A stretch of DNA of 63,314 nt, counting the filler, from Octopus bimaculoides (lineage: Eukaryota): NCBI RefSeq assembly GCF_001194135.2. It is 5 parts of 4 records of this genome, joined end to end, with 100 filler letters (N's around TTAATTAATTAA, not from the genome) between each part and the next. Parts side by side here need not be neighbours in the genome. Positions count along the whole stretch, not along the records: positions 43,888 to 52,174 come from NC_068994.1; positions 52,275 to 63,314 come from NC_068987.1; 3 more parts are not named here. One strand, written 5' to 3'. The position numbers and the translations under genes are program-made. Under the pieces are notes generated by a model. It did no database searches. It had not been told where the DNA came from and worked only from the letters and a program-made list of their open reading frames with translations. This document shows, one piece after another, positions 49,604 to 62,256 of the stretch; position 1 is the stretch's first letter; each line of letters starts with the position of its first letter.

Positions 49604-51599
49604 NNNNNNNNNNNNNNNNNNNNNNNNNNNNNNNNNNNNNNNNNNNNNNNNNNNNNNNNNNNNNNNNNNNNNNNNNNNNNNNNNNNNNNNNNNNNNNNNN
49701 NNNNNNNNNNNNNNNNNNNNNNNNNNNNNNNNNNNNNNNNNNNNNNNNNNNNNNNNNNNNNNNNNNNNNNNNNNNNNNNNNNNNNNNNNNNNNNNNNNNN
49801 NNNNNNNNNNNNNNNNNNNNNNNNNNNNNNNNNNNNNNNNNNNNNNNNATATATATATATATATATATATATACACGACGGGATTCTTTCAGTTTCCGTC
49901 TCTCAAAATTCACTCAAAGATTGTAGAGGTAAGTGAACGGATAAAATGAAGGCGTTCCTCAGGGTGAAACAACAATATAAATACTTTTTTCTCTAAAAGA
50001 CCAACAGACATATTGGAACGGCGAGAATCTGTCCTTCCTTCTACAGTGCTTGCATTAATCTTCGTGGTGGTAGTGGCGGTGGGGATGTTGTTGATGAAGA
50101 TGTTGGCAATGATAAAGGATGAAGACGATGTGGATTGGATGGTAGAGGAGATGATGATAATGATGGGGGGTAAGGATTGCGAAGACGATGATGATGATGA
50201 TGGTTATTAGGATGATACTAGTAATAATAATGAAAATTATGATAATAATAATATTGATAATAATGAAGATAACGATGAGAATGATGATGATTATGATAAT
50301 AATGAGGAAGGGGAAGAGGAAAGAATGGTGCTGGTCATGATGGTGGTGGGGACGACGACGACGACGACGAGGGTCAGGATGACAATATCGACTATGTTGA
50401 CGATGATTATGACGATGATGGCAACGCCGGCGACTATAATGATGTTGGCGATGAGGCTGGTGATGATGATTATGATAACGATGATGATTGAAAAGTTTGT
50501 CGCTGCTATTGTTTAGCCCCGGGTCAAGCCTGATTGAGCTGCTCAATCGTCATAATCCGACTGTTTGTTTGTATTTCGGGGACTCCATTGTACAATGCGT
50601 CGTTGCATTATTAAGAAGGACGGGTTTGATTGGAGGCATGTCGGATTTGCCGCTTCTCATTTGCTGTTGTTCAACATGGCTGAAAGCACATAAATGATTA
50701 AAGATGGCGTGTGTATGTGTGTAATATATATATACATGCGTATATGTGCGTGTATGTTTGTGTATATACCATAAGTGTGTTTGTACACGCACACACACAC
50801 GTACTTATATATAAATATATATATATATATGTATGTATGTATGTATGTATAGACACATCAGGTCGGGCGGCTGCGTAGAGGACACCTATTTTGAGGGGGC
50901 TCATGTCGGTGGTGGCGAACAGAATGCTGGTTGATTACTGCTGTTGCAGTAACGTGACAATGCACTGGTCCTTCGTAATCACCATCGCCTTCAACCCCCC
51001 CCCCCCNNNNNNNNNNCCCCCACACACACACAACCTCCACCACCACAACCATCATCCCCACCATCACCACCACCACCGCCTCCACCACTACCACCAATCA
51101 CCATCGCCTCCACCAAAACTACCTCCACCACCACCACCAACAACAACAACAACAGCACTTCTATCAGCACTACTAATACCACTTCCGCTAACACCATAAC
51201 CACTACTACCACTGCCACCATTACTACAAATCCTACTGTCACCAACCCCGCCACTACCATCATTACGACCGTCATCGCCAATGCTACCACCACTAACGCC
51301 ACCACCAACACAATCACCACTTATACCCCACCACCACCACCACCACCACTACCACTGACACCACACTAGCCCCATAACTACCACCCCTAATGACACAAGT
51401 CACAGCAGCAGTACCACAGCCATAACGACCACGCGGACGAAGACAATCCAAGAAGCAGGAAAAACTGGATAAAGAACAAAATAAGATACAAAAAAAAAAG
51501 AATAATTGAAATAAAAAAAACAAAGAAAAATGCTTCAGAAGTCAATAAAAAAAGTAAAACACACAAACAAAAAATAAAAAAACTAGCAACAAAACTATT

Positions 51600-51860
51600 C
51601 TACAGGAATGGCGGATAAGATAGAAGTCGTGAAACGGTAATTAATCAAGACCTTTACGATGGTGATGTCCCGTCACCGACTACAAATGGCGCTGACACAA
51701 TGTCCTCTTACTACTACTACTACTACTACTACTACTGCTCTAGTCATTTGACGCGTGTGACGGACCAATGAGCGAACGAGACCGTGTTTTTCGTTAGCCG
51801 TTGTTAAACATGGCCGTGAGCACCTCACTGATTGAAGACGTAAACAACGGCGCGCGCGCG
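51600..51860. promoter_or_regulatory. CpG-enriched, promoter-like patch
   Basis: Unusually many CpGs for this window, CCAAT at ~51766, AATGGCG (YY1-like) motifs at 51607 and 51685, and ATG GCG...ACG|gtaatt at 51608-51642. Confidence 0.3.
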
Positions 51861-51867
51861 TCTGTAT

Positions 51868-51914
<47 letters not shown>

Positions 51915-52174
51915 ATCATGCAGACATGTAATATACATATACACAACATACATACACACACACATCTACACATACTTACACGTATATACACACATATATA
52001 CATACACACACATATATACGTATATACATACATATACATACACGTATATACATACACATATATATAAACATACATACGCATACACACACATATACATATA
52101 TATATATATATATATACATATACACACACATATACATACATACGCATTTATATACATGCATATATATACATACA

Positions 52175-52274
52175 NNNNNNNNNNNNNNNNNNNNNNNNNN
52201 NNNNNNNNNNNNNNNNNNTTAATTAATTAANNNNNNNNNNNNNNNNNNNNNNNNNNNNNNNNNNNNNNNNNNNN
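52175..52274. other. Artificial scaffold spacer 44N-TTAATTAATTAA-44N
   Basis: Same 100 bp structure as 29757-29856. Confidence 0.97.
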
Positions 52275-52414
52275 GGGATTTTTCAGTTTCCATCTACCAA
52301 ATCCACTCACAAGGTCGGCCCGAGGCTTTAGCAGAAGACACTTGGCAATGGTGCCACGCACTGGCACAGAACCGGGAACTATGTGGTTAGGAAGCAAGCT
52401 TCTTACCACACAGC
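52275..52414 (-). mobile_element. SINE family B
   Basis: ttcagtttccatctaccaaatccactcacaagg...gacacttggcaatggtgccacgcac..gaaccgggaactatgtggttaggaagcaagcttcttaccacacagc. Confidence 0.9.
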
Positions 52415-53110
52415 TAGAGTTCTTTTCAGTTTAGGGTCCTTATGTAGTATTCGTAGATTTTGCCTGATTGTTTTGAATGCTTCTTAGTTTCTGGAGTTGT
52501 ATGTTGATATGTAGGGTAATGTTTTAAGAGTAGGTTTGCTGTTGTCTTTGTTTTTTCTTAGTGCCTCAGTATTGATGGATTTCGCACGTTTTATTCCTTC
52601 GTTTATAAGTTGGATTGGGTAGTGCCTGTCCAGGAGTATGTTTTTGAGTTCTTGTAATCTTAAATCCCTGGTATTTTTCTCCGAAACGATGGTGCAGATC
52701 CTACTTGCAAGATTGAAGGGGATGTTTGTTTTCGTATGTCTCGAGTGACAAGAGCTAAAAGAAGGTATTGCTTAGAATCTGTCGTTTCATAAAAGATGTC
52801 TGTTTCTATTTTGTTGTTGTTTGTTTTTTTTAATCAGTATGTCTAAGAATGGTAGTTCCTCCTGGTTGTATTCTACTGTAAATTGCATGCTTGTGCTGAT
52901 GCTGTTTAGGAGTGTTTTGAATTCCATGAGTTTTTGTTTATGTTTTCATTCCATACTATGAAGCAGTCGTCTAAAAATCTTGTCCAGTTTTCCTATATGT
53001 ATCAGGCGAGAGTGTCTCCCAAATTTAGCTGTGACTCCAGATACATTGTTTTTTCTAAGAATCCCATTATAAGATCGGCAATGGTAGTCGCTGCCATCGT
53101 ACTCATCACG
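52415..53110 (-). mobile_element. Penelope-like element RT, motifs 4-7 and C-terminal linker
   Basis: IADLIMGFLEK, NWTRFLDDCFIVW, MQFTVEYNQEELPFLDILI, TDIFYETTDSKQYL..SCH.RHTKTNIPFNLASRICTIVSE, LLDRHYPIQLI, TLPYISTYN. Confidence 0.9.
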
Positions 53111-53114
53111 ATTC

Positions 53115-53480
53115 CAGACATAACCGTCACACACCCAAGAACTATTGGTATTCCCAAAACACAAGACCCACCAGGAGCAGGAGCAAGCTATAGACCAACC
53201 GTTTCAGATGAGAGCACATTTCATTCAGCAACTTTTACCCCTCCCAGGAACTACTGAAAACACCAGGCACCACACACAACATCGAACATAGATTTTACAG
53301 ACACCCATACCTTCATAAAAATCTAAAACCACAACATCACCGTCCACCCAACAGAATCCCCCAGTTTTAAACGAACTATTCAGACACACACAAAAACAAC
53401 CAGCAGTCTACAACCACCGACCAGAGAAAAAAGGATTTATCTTGGATTACGCCTAACACCAAACATAGAACCACCAGGGA
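53115..53480 (+). mobile_element. PLE RT N-terminal part (motifs 1-3), inverted relative to 52415-53110
   Basis: IGIPKTQ....YRPTVS...TF resembles YG+PK.HK...RPI+S; DTHTFIK resembles I.DT..F+. Confidence 0.55.
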
Positions 53481-54409
53481 TCCATATATGCATACCTACA
53501 TACATACATATGTGTGTATATGTGCATATATATACATATATANNNNNNNNNNNNNNNNNNNNNNNNNNNNNNNNNNNNNNNNNNNNNNNNNNNNNNNNNN
53601 NNNNNNNNNNNNNNNNNNNNNNNNNNNNNNNNNNNNNNNNNNNNNNNNNNNNNNNNNNNNNNNNNNNTATATATATTATTATTATTATTATTATTTGATT
53701 GAACGCCACACATCCATTTCCAAGTAAGTTTTATCTAAGTATATTTGATGTGACTCTTTCGTTTACTGTCCCCCTATCTCTCTGTTCCTTTCGTTTTCAC
53801 TATAATCCTTTCTGTAATACTTTTTACTCCCTTTCACCGTTTTCTATCTGTCTGTCTGTCACTCTCTGCCCCACATCCTTCTTTACTCTCTCTCGTTGCT
53901 CATACCTGACCATCATCCATGTTTCCTTTCCTCACGTTATCATCTTTCTTTCAATCTGTTGTGCAGTCCAGACGCATTCCTATCTGTCTCCTCTCCTATC
54001 TTTTCTCTTATCAAAGAATCTTATTTCAGCGTTTGCTACCTTACCTCGTCTGAGCCTAACGAAACTCCCTGCTTGTATTCTTTTGGTTTGGTTTCTTGTA
54101 TGTCGTATGGTTTTTTTTACCACATTTGACCCTCCGCAAATCCCAAATTTCATTTTCGTTCGCGGGAGCAACTGCCATCAAAGACTTATCTTGTCGTTCA
54201 TTGCTCGAAATGAGGATAGTTGACAACTGTGGAAGGGTCGCTTTTTATGTTATTTGTCTTGCTTTCCATTAGTTTCTCTCGTTCTTTGCGTACCCAACGT
54301 TATTTTCGTATTTCATGTTGTTTACGTTTTGTGACGTCATGTACCCATATATGCATACCTATATACATACATATGTATGTATGTATGTACATATGTGTGT
54401 GAATATTTA

Positions 54410-54448
<39 letters not shown>

Positions 54449-54992
54449 TATATTATATATATAAACTTTATATATTTATATATGTGGCTTGGTAGTAGGT
54501 AGTAGCAGTCCTAAAAGAATATTTGATATTTTTTATATCATAATACAAAATTTAAATTAATGTGAAGACTACGCAATACATTTGGTAGAGAACAAAAGTA
54601 TTATTCTTTAAAAAGGACAGTATGGACAGTGACTTCGAAGTCTCGGACAGTTAACCCATCATAAATAGGTGTATGTGCATATACATGTATGTGTATGCGT
54701 GTGTATTATGTGTGTGTATGTGTGAGGGTGCATGGAAAGCACTTCGTCATATCGTATGTAAATGATAACAAATGCATAACGTTATAGAACTATTAAAGAG
54801 ATCCTAAATACTATCGAAAAGTAACATTTATAAAGGAACATGCAAATCTATTTTTACACTTCAAGCACAATGACATTTTGACAAGTAAATTATACACTGA
54901 CAACAAACTAAATGCACTGGAATTTGTTTTTGGGGAATCAAAGTATATTTTGTAGCAATACTAGTTTGTGTCACAAACATACACGCATACCC

Positions 54993-55279
54993 AACCTACC
55001 GACCTACCTACCTACCTACCTACCTACCTACCTACCTACCTACCTACCTACCTACTTACTTGCTTACCTACCTACCTACCTACCTACCTACCTACCTACC
55101 TACCTACCTACTTACCTGCCTACCTACCTACCTACCTACCTACCTACCTACCTACCTACCTACCNNNNNNNNNNTACCTACCTACCTACCTACCTACCTA
55201 CCTACCTACCTACCTACCTACTTACCTGCCTACCTACCTACCTACCTACCTACCTACCTACCTACCTACCTACCTACCT
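54993..55279. repeat. (CCTA)n tetranucleotide array
   Basis: Long array with cttacctgccta variants on both sides of a 10 N gap; a second array at 56610-56660. Confidence 0.95.
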
Positions 55280-55558
55280 AAAATAAATTTATCATGAAGA
55301 ATATTTTAGTACCCGTTTCAATCTGCGATTTTTCAACTTAGAGTGAAGCATGAAAAACAATTAAATGAAATGTTTTTAAAAAAATATCTCCATAGATTTC
55401 AAATGCAAGGGACATTTTTCTTTTTCCTGCCTGTCTGTCTTTCTTACGTTTGTGAACACTTGGTAGTAATGTAGTAGTAGTAGTAGCAGTCCTAAAAGAA
55501 TATTTGATATGATTTCTTGGTTTTGATTGTTTAAGCAGCAGTAGCCGAGAAAGGAGGC

Positions 55559-55705
55559 GAAGAAGAAGAAGAAGAAGAAGAAGAAGAAGAAGAAGAAGAA
55601 GAAGAAGAAGAAGAAGAAGAAGAAGAAGAAGAAGAAGAAGAAGAAGAAGAAGAAGAAGAAGAAGAAGAAGAAGAAGAAGAAGAAGAAGAAGAAGAAGAAG
55701 AAGAA
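55559..55705. repeat. Pure (GAA)n microsatellite
   Basis: About 49 units; a 31-unit (CTT)n also lies at 808-900. Confidence 0.95.
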
Positions 55706-55795
55706 AAAAAGAGACATAATAAGAAAAAATATGGAAGTGGTATGACAGTGGTAGGATGTTGGTGGAATCCTTTTAAATGGTCAAGTGACCAAAAA

Positions 55796-56363
55796 GTGAC
55801 ATGTTGTGGTTGTAACAGTAATGATTGGAGTTGTTCTGTTCTGAATAAATTTATAGGTAGTAACTGTTCTGAATATATCGTTTTTAATATTTGTGTGGGT
55901 ATTATACTAAGGCCCTTGTAGTAGTGTCATGTGTGGTGGACGCATTCAAAAAGGGTATATATTTTGTGATAGAATATGACTCTTTGCTAATGCGCTGACT
56001 GAGCAATTTAATACATGCTCAGGGTATTGATAGCAATGCATAGGCCAAACCAAAAACAGTCTACATAAAAATAGCATTCAGTGAACACATCGATATTTGC
56101 GCCACTAACGAATAACTCAGCTTCAGAATGTTTCCCCTCTATAAGTTCAGAGTCGATGCAACCTGTAATCAGCGCATTGGCAAAGAGTCATAATTAATCA
56201 CAAAATATAAACCCCTTTTGAATGCGTCCACCACAGATGACGCTACTACAAGGGCCTTAGAATAATGCCCTCACAAATATTAAAAACAATATATTCAGAA
56301 CAGTCACTACCCATGAATTTATTCAGAATTCCAATCACTACTATTACAACCACAGCAGGTCAC
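55796..56363. mobile_element. ~570 bp foldback element with ~200 bp inverted arms
   Basis: Arm 55796-55998 matches the reverse complement of 56169-56363 at roughly 85-90%; 170 bp spacer. Confidence 0.85.
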
Positions 56364-57216
56364 TTGTATGTATGTATGTATGCATGTATGTATGTATGTA
56401 TGTATGTATGTATGTATATGTATACATATATATTCATATATACATGTTTATACACATATATACATGTATATATACACATATACGTATATATTTTACATAA
56501 TATATATACATATATATATATATTATTTATAATTTATATAGATAGGTATATGTATATATTTTATACCTAATATATATATATATATAAATTTACCTATCTA
56601 TCTATCAATCTACCTACCTACTTACCTACCTACCTACCTACCTACCTACCTACCTACCTATTTATCTATATAAATTATCTGTCTCTCTCATGTAATGTAT
56701 CATTCATCTTATTTTTTGTTATCTTTTGAACATTTTTTTCGAATGCTTCGCCCATCTACTGTCTCACATAGATGTCAAGAAAATTAGACGTTAAAAAAGA
56801 AATAGCTGTTTTATTTATCTGTCAAGATTCTGTATCATTATGTCTCTTTAAATATCTGAACATTTCTATGTTGTAATGGTTCTTTTTCTCATTGGCTGAA
56901 AGTCTTTCTAATTTTAATTACTATTCGAATTCCTGGTGATATCTTGCTTTTTTTACAATTCATGAATTTCTTTTCTTTACGCCTGTTTGAATTTCTCATT
57001 ATTTGCGTAATGTAACGTCTTTGTGTACTGCACAGTATTGAATTTACTCAATGTATATAGTCTTATGTTGAAATACATTCCCAATAATAGCCTATTTATT
57101 TTAGTCGTAATTGTTTATTATATCTGCGTCGTTTTTTCAGTTCTAAGTGAATCAAAAATAGTGTGTTTAAGAGAAATGCAAATATTTCGTTGCAATAAAA
57201 AAATATATGTATGTAT

Positions 57217-57270
<54 letters not shown>

Positions 57271-59104
57271 ACACACCACCACCACCACCACCACCACCAC
57301 ACAACTAGGGCGAAGTGGTTCGCATCTGTTACTTTGTAGTCTAAATGTTAAACTTCGTACTATTGTACAAATATTGGCGCGTGCCCTCTTTGTTGTCGTT
57401 ATTCACTTATTTCAGAAAAAACGGTTAGCTATGGTTGAAGCCTACATTTGCACACAAACAATCCCAGTGGGTTAATTAAACGGTTAATTAAACAATGGAA
57501 TTTTATACCGAATAATAAATAATAATATCCATAAAATTTATGATTGCTCACGTTTTATCCTATATTTCAAAAGTCGAAATATTTTTCTCCCACGTAGTAT
57601 ATTATCTGAGTAATGTTTTATGTCATTTTACATGTTTAATAATGATTTGTAACCCGTATTTGTCAATCGTAACTTCTTTGCAATGTTTTGCGAAATGTGT
57701 ATTTTAGAACATGTGTTCCATCTATGCTGGAAAACTTAACCTCGACAATTTAAGTGCCTGATCATTTCGGCTAAGAACGGAGAATTTTTTGTAACACTCT
57801 GCATATCGCTCTTTGTCTTTTATTTTTTGATTCTTTATCTGTGATGTAATGTTTATTATGTAAATTCACCATATTTGATATTTATCGCCATAGAATTGCA
57901 AACACTGAAGTTTTTGGTAGCAATGTTAGTTGTTGAGTGATAGTCAGGCCTGAAGAACGAGACTAAAAGCGCATCACAAGATCATGAAATCTATACTGGA
58001 TGCAGTAAAGATTCTAATATATAAATAGATAATTCCAGTGTCAGTTCCAGATTACGAACGAAGAGGGGAAATTTTGTCGTTATCCGTAGGGATATTGACT
58101 CTAACAGCCATGAATTTTGTAAACTCTATATCTTGTAAATAACGTATTCAAATAAGGAACTAGAGGGAGCATACAAAGGTGTCTGAGATTGGTGGTATGA
58201 GTATTTAGAGCGAATATTAGAGCAGATTGACTATTCTAAATAAATATTTTATATCTCTAGATTGCGGACCAAATTTGAATATAACTACATGGTCATTTAT
58301 CCCAGCTCCAACTCGATGCTATCCACCATAATATTTCGTTCTACAATTCTCGAGAATTATCTGAAATGTTGTTATCAAATGAAGATGATTTCAAATCTTA
58401 ACTCTGTAATATACTTGGATATTGTCACTATGCTATCCCCTTACGTTTAATTTAATGAGATCTTTTTCAAGCCCCCGCCACTGTATTTTCCACAGATGAA
58501 TAACTATAACATCATCTCCTTAAAATATTAAAACTTTATGCGCATATGAATAACTTGCCATTGATTTATCGAAATCTTTCCCACGAGCGTCTAGGTTGTC
58601 GATAGCTCGATAACTGTTAAAAATAGCAGCCTGAAAGAAAACCCCGAATACATTGAATCAGGCTAACCTGGTACGGAATAGAAACACGGAGTTCACGGAT
58701 CAAACTGGACTCATTTATGTGAACACTCTTTTTGTTCAAAATAGCAAGCATATGTTTGTGTCGTCATAATTATACAAAGAGAATGGATTACCGTAGCTGA
58801 AATACTTGTATCCTTTGTATTACTCAGTCACAACTGACTTGGGATAAAACAAGTAAGCTAACAAATACAACAATAGCAACATCAAACAACAAAGGCAAGT
58901 AGTTATTACTGTAGTACTGATGTTGTTCAAGATGCACACGGCGTGTCTTAGTATTTGGAGTCTGGCAAAATACATCTCTCGCCAGCCTGAACTATGTATA
59001 TTATTCTATCTAGATAGGTTAAGTCGCAAGGTAAGCATGTCGGTAGAATGAATGTCGAAAGAAACCTCTCTCATGAGAATGGTGTATTCAATAAAATATT
59101 GACA

Positions 59105-59170
<66 letters not shown>

Positions 59171-59183
59171 CCCGACACATACC

Positions 59184-59589
59184 GCAGATAATTCTGGGAC
59201 ACTCGTTTTCCGTCATGGGTGTCTCCTCAGATATTTGAGTCTAGCCAAGAAGCTGTCCTTTGTTTTTATTTTCAGCGACCAACGTATTTGTTGATCGTTG
59301 CTAATCGATAGAAAACCGTTATCTAAACCCTGTACAGAGAGTTATGGAACGAATACTTGCACATTTCATACGGTTAGGGAGATAAAGAGACAAAATATAC
59401 TAGTCGAAAGACAAAATCTTTTCTCGTAGACAGTGAATATGATGATTTAAAATCAATTGCTGGATATAAGCACAAATCAGCAAACATAACGTTCACTGAA
59501 AGTAAAAAGCAAAGGCCAGCTCCTTAGCGAGACTCAAACGTCCGAAGAACATATAGCTGAGGAGACGCCGGTGTCCCAGAATGCTCTGC
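59184..59589. mobile_element. ~405 bp older foldback/MITE-like element
   Basis: Perfect attctgggacac/gtgtcccagaat inverted 12-mer, plus ~80 bp arms (59217-59295 vs 59476-59569) at roughly 70-75% identity. Confidence 0.7.
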
Positions 59590-59906
59590 TAAAAATTGAG
59601 TGTTTTACACATTATCATGATAAAAAGAAGAGGTTAATATCCTTCACCGCACGCATATATCGTGTCTGAACCTACCAAGGAGTTGTATGCATTAATATAC
59701 TCATATTCGTTCAAGATCTCTCTGTACAAGCCGCAAATAAAAAATTAATATCTATTGGCAGATATAAGCAAAGTCCAGCAAACGTTTTATTCGCTAAAAG
59801 TATCAGTAAAGGCCAATTCTTCGCTAGTCCCAATGTCGTGGTGCGTATTTCTGGTAGATGAGACGTAATATGTTGAAACACTTGTGTTCCATAATATTCT
59901 ACATCT

Positions 59907-59964
<58 letters not shown>

Positions 59965-60446
59965 TAGATAGATAGAGAGATAGATAGAGAGATAGATAGA
60001 AGGCAGTCAGATAGATTGATCGATAGATAAATAGACAGATAGATAGATAGATAGACAGACCTATATACATCTGCCAACATATTTTGAGCTAATATATTTT
60101 ATATATATGAATAAATGGACGTAAGGCACAATATCTTATTACATATATATGTCTATATATATACATTTCATTTTCTCATACAATCAAAATATTTGGATTC
60201 AGTACTTAAGAAGTCCGCCATGTGGAATATTGTATTTCAGCAACACCGAATTCTTTTATTTATTTTGTTGTTTGTATTCAGCATTTTCTCCAATCTTAAC
60301 GCTCCGAATAATTATTCTTCACCAATTTTTGATTTATTTCAAGGACTTCTATGACAATACAACCCTTATATATATGTATATATGTCAATATTAATCTCTG
60401 AGCGATATACATTAATATATATCTACATACATATCGACGTATATGT

Positions 60447-60477
<31 letters not shown>

Positions 60478-60830
60478 NNNNNNNNNNNNNNNNNNNNNNN
60501 NNNNNNNNNNNNNNNNNNNNNNNNNNNNNNNNNNNNNNNNNNNNNNNNNNNNNNNNNNNNNNNNNNNNNNNNNNNNNNNNNNNNNNNNNNNNNNNNNNNN
60601 NNNNNNNNNNNNNNNNNNNNNNNNNNNNNNNNNNNNNNNNNNNNNNNNNNNNNNNNNNNNNNNNNNNNNNNNNNNNNNNNNNNNNNNNNNNNNNNNNNNN
60701 NNNNNNNNNNNNNNNNNNNNNNNNNNNNNNNNNNNNNNNNNNNNNNNNNNNNNNNNNNNNNNNNNNNNNNNNNNNNNNNNNNNNNNNNNNNNNNNNNNNN
60801 NNNNNNNNNNNNNNNNNNNNNNNNNNNNNN

Positions 60831-60861
<31 letters not shown>

Positions 60862-61441
60862 GTATATTACCTATATGTATTACGTAAGCATGAACGTGTG
60901 TATCTATATATGTGTAGATAAATAGACAAATAGATAGAAAGAGGAAGAGAAAGAATGAGATATTAACGCTTATTACGATTTTTTGTGTCTTACGCAACGA
61001 GTGGTTGTAACCAGATATAAAAAAGCAAATAATAGTCAGAATGTAGCGGAAAAGTCAGTATTAGCTTTTTGTCAGAAATAAATTAAAAGGTTTCCAAAGT
61101 ATGATTAGATTCGCAACGAAGTTGTTTCTCCTGGAGCATAAGAAAGAAATTGAGAATTGGAGGTATTGTCAGGGAAAGATCATTATAGCATAAGATAATT
61201 TTGTATTATAAAATATATGTATGTATATGTTCATGTAGGTATGTGTGTACATATACACACACACACACATATGCCTGTATGTATACGTGTATTCCTACAT
61301 TGTTATCTATAAACATCGATAACGTTTTATACATCCCTATGTATATCTACGTATATATTTATAATGACACATCCACACATCCACACAAACACGCATACCT
61401 GGTGACACACACATACACACATGTATATATATATATGTATG

Positions 61442-61493
<52 letters not shown>

Positions 61494-61731
61494 TGTGGTT
61501 TTTGATATTCTGTTGGTTGTGCATAGGTATATGATTGTAGGGAGACGTGTATCTATGTCTTTTATTCCTGTATCCATCTACCTATATATATATATTTATG
61601 TGAGTGTGCATGTCTGTGTGTAAGTATTCTTCATGCATATATGCGTATATGTATGTGTATGCATATATATGTATATATATACATATATATATACGTACAT
61701 ATATATACATATATATGTATATATATATATG

Positions 61732-61776
<45 letters not shown>

Positions 61777-62154
61777 NNNNNNNNNNNNNNNNNNNNNNNN
61801 NNNNNNNNNNNNNNNNNNNNNNNNNNNNNNNNNNNNNNNNNNNNNNNNNNNNNNNNNNNNNNNNNNNNNNNNNNNNNNNNNNNNNNNNNNNNNNNNNNNN
61901 NNNNNNNNNNNNNNNNNNNNNNNNNNNNNNNNNNNNNNNNNNNNNNNNNNNNNNNNNNNNNNNNNNNNNNNNNNNNNNNNNNNNNNNNNNNNNNNNNNNN
62001 NNNNNNNNNNNNNNNNNNNNNNNNNNNNNNNNNNNNNNNNNNNNNNNNNNNNNNNNNNNNNNNNNNNNNNNNNNNNNNNNNNNNNNNNNNNNNNNNNNNN
62101 NNNNNNNNNNNNNNNNNNNNNNNNNNNNNNNNTATGTATATATATACATATATA

Positions 62155-62187
<33 letters not shown>

Positions 62188-62218
62188 GTATATGTATATT
62201 CATACATATATATATGTA

Positions 62219-62256
<38 letters not shown>

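Noticed and set aside
54993-55279. (CCTA)n as a telomere-like or interstitial telomeric repeat
   Set aside because: The unit is TAGG, not TTAGG or TTAGGG; treated as an ordinary tetranucleotide microsatellite.
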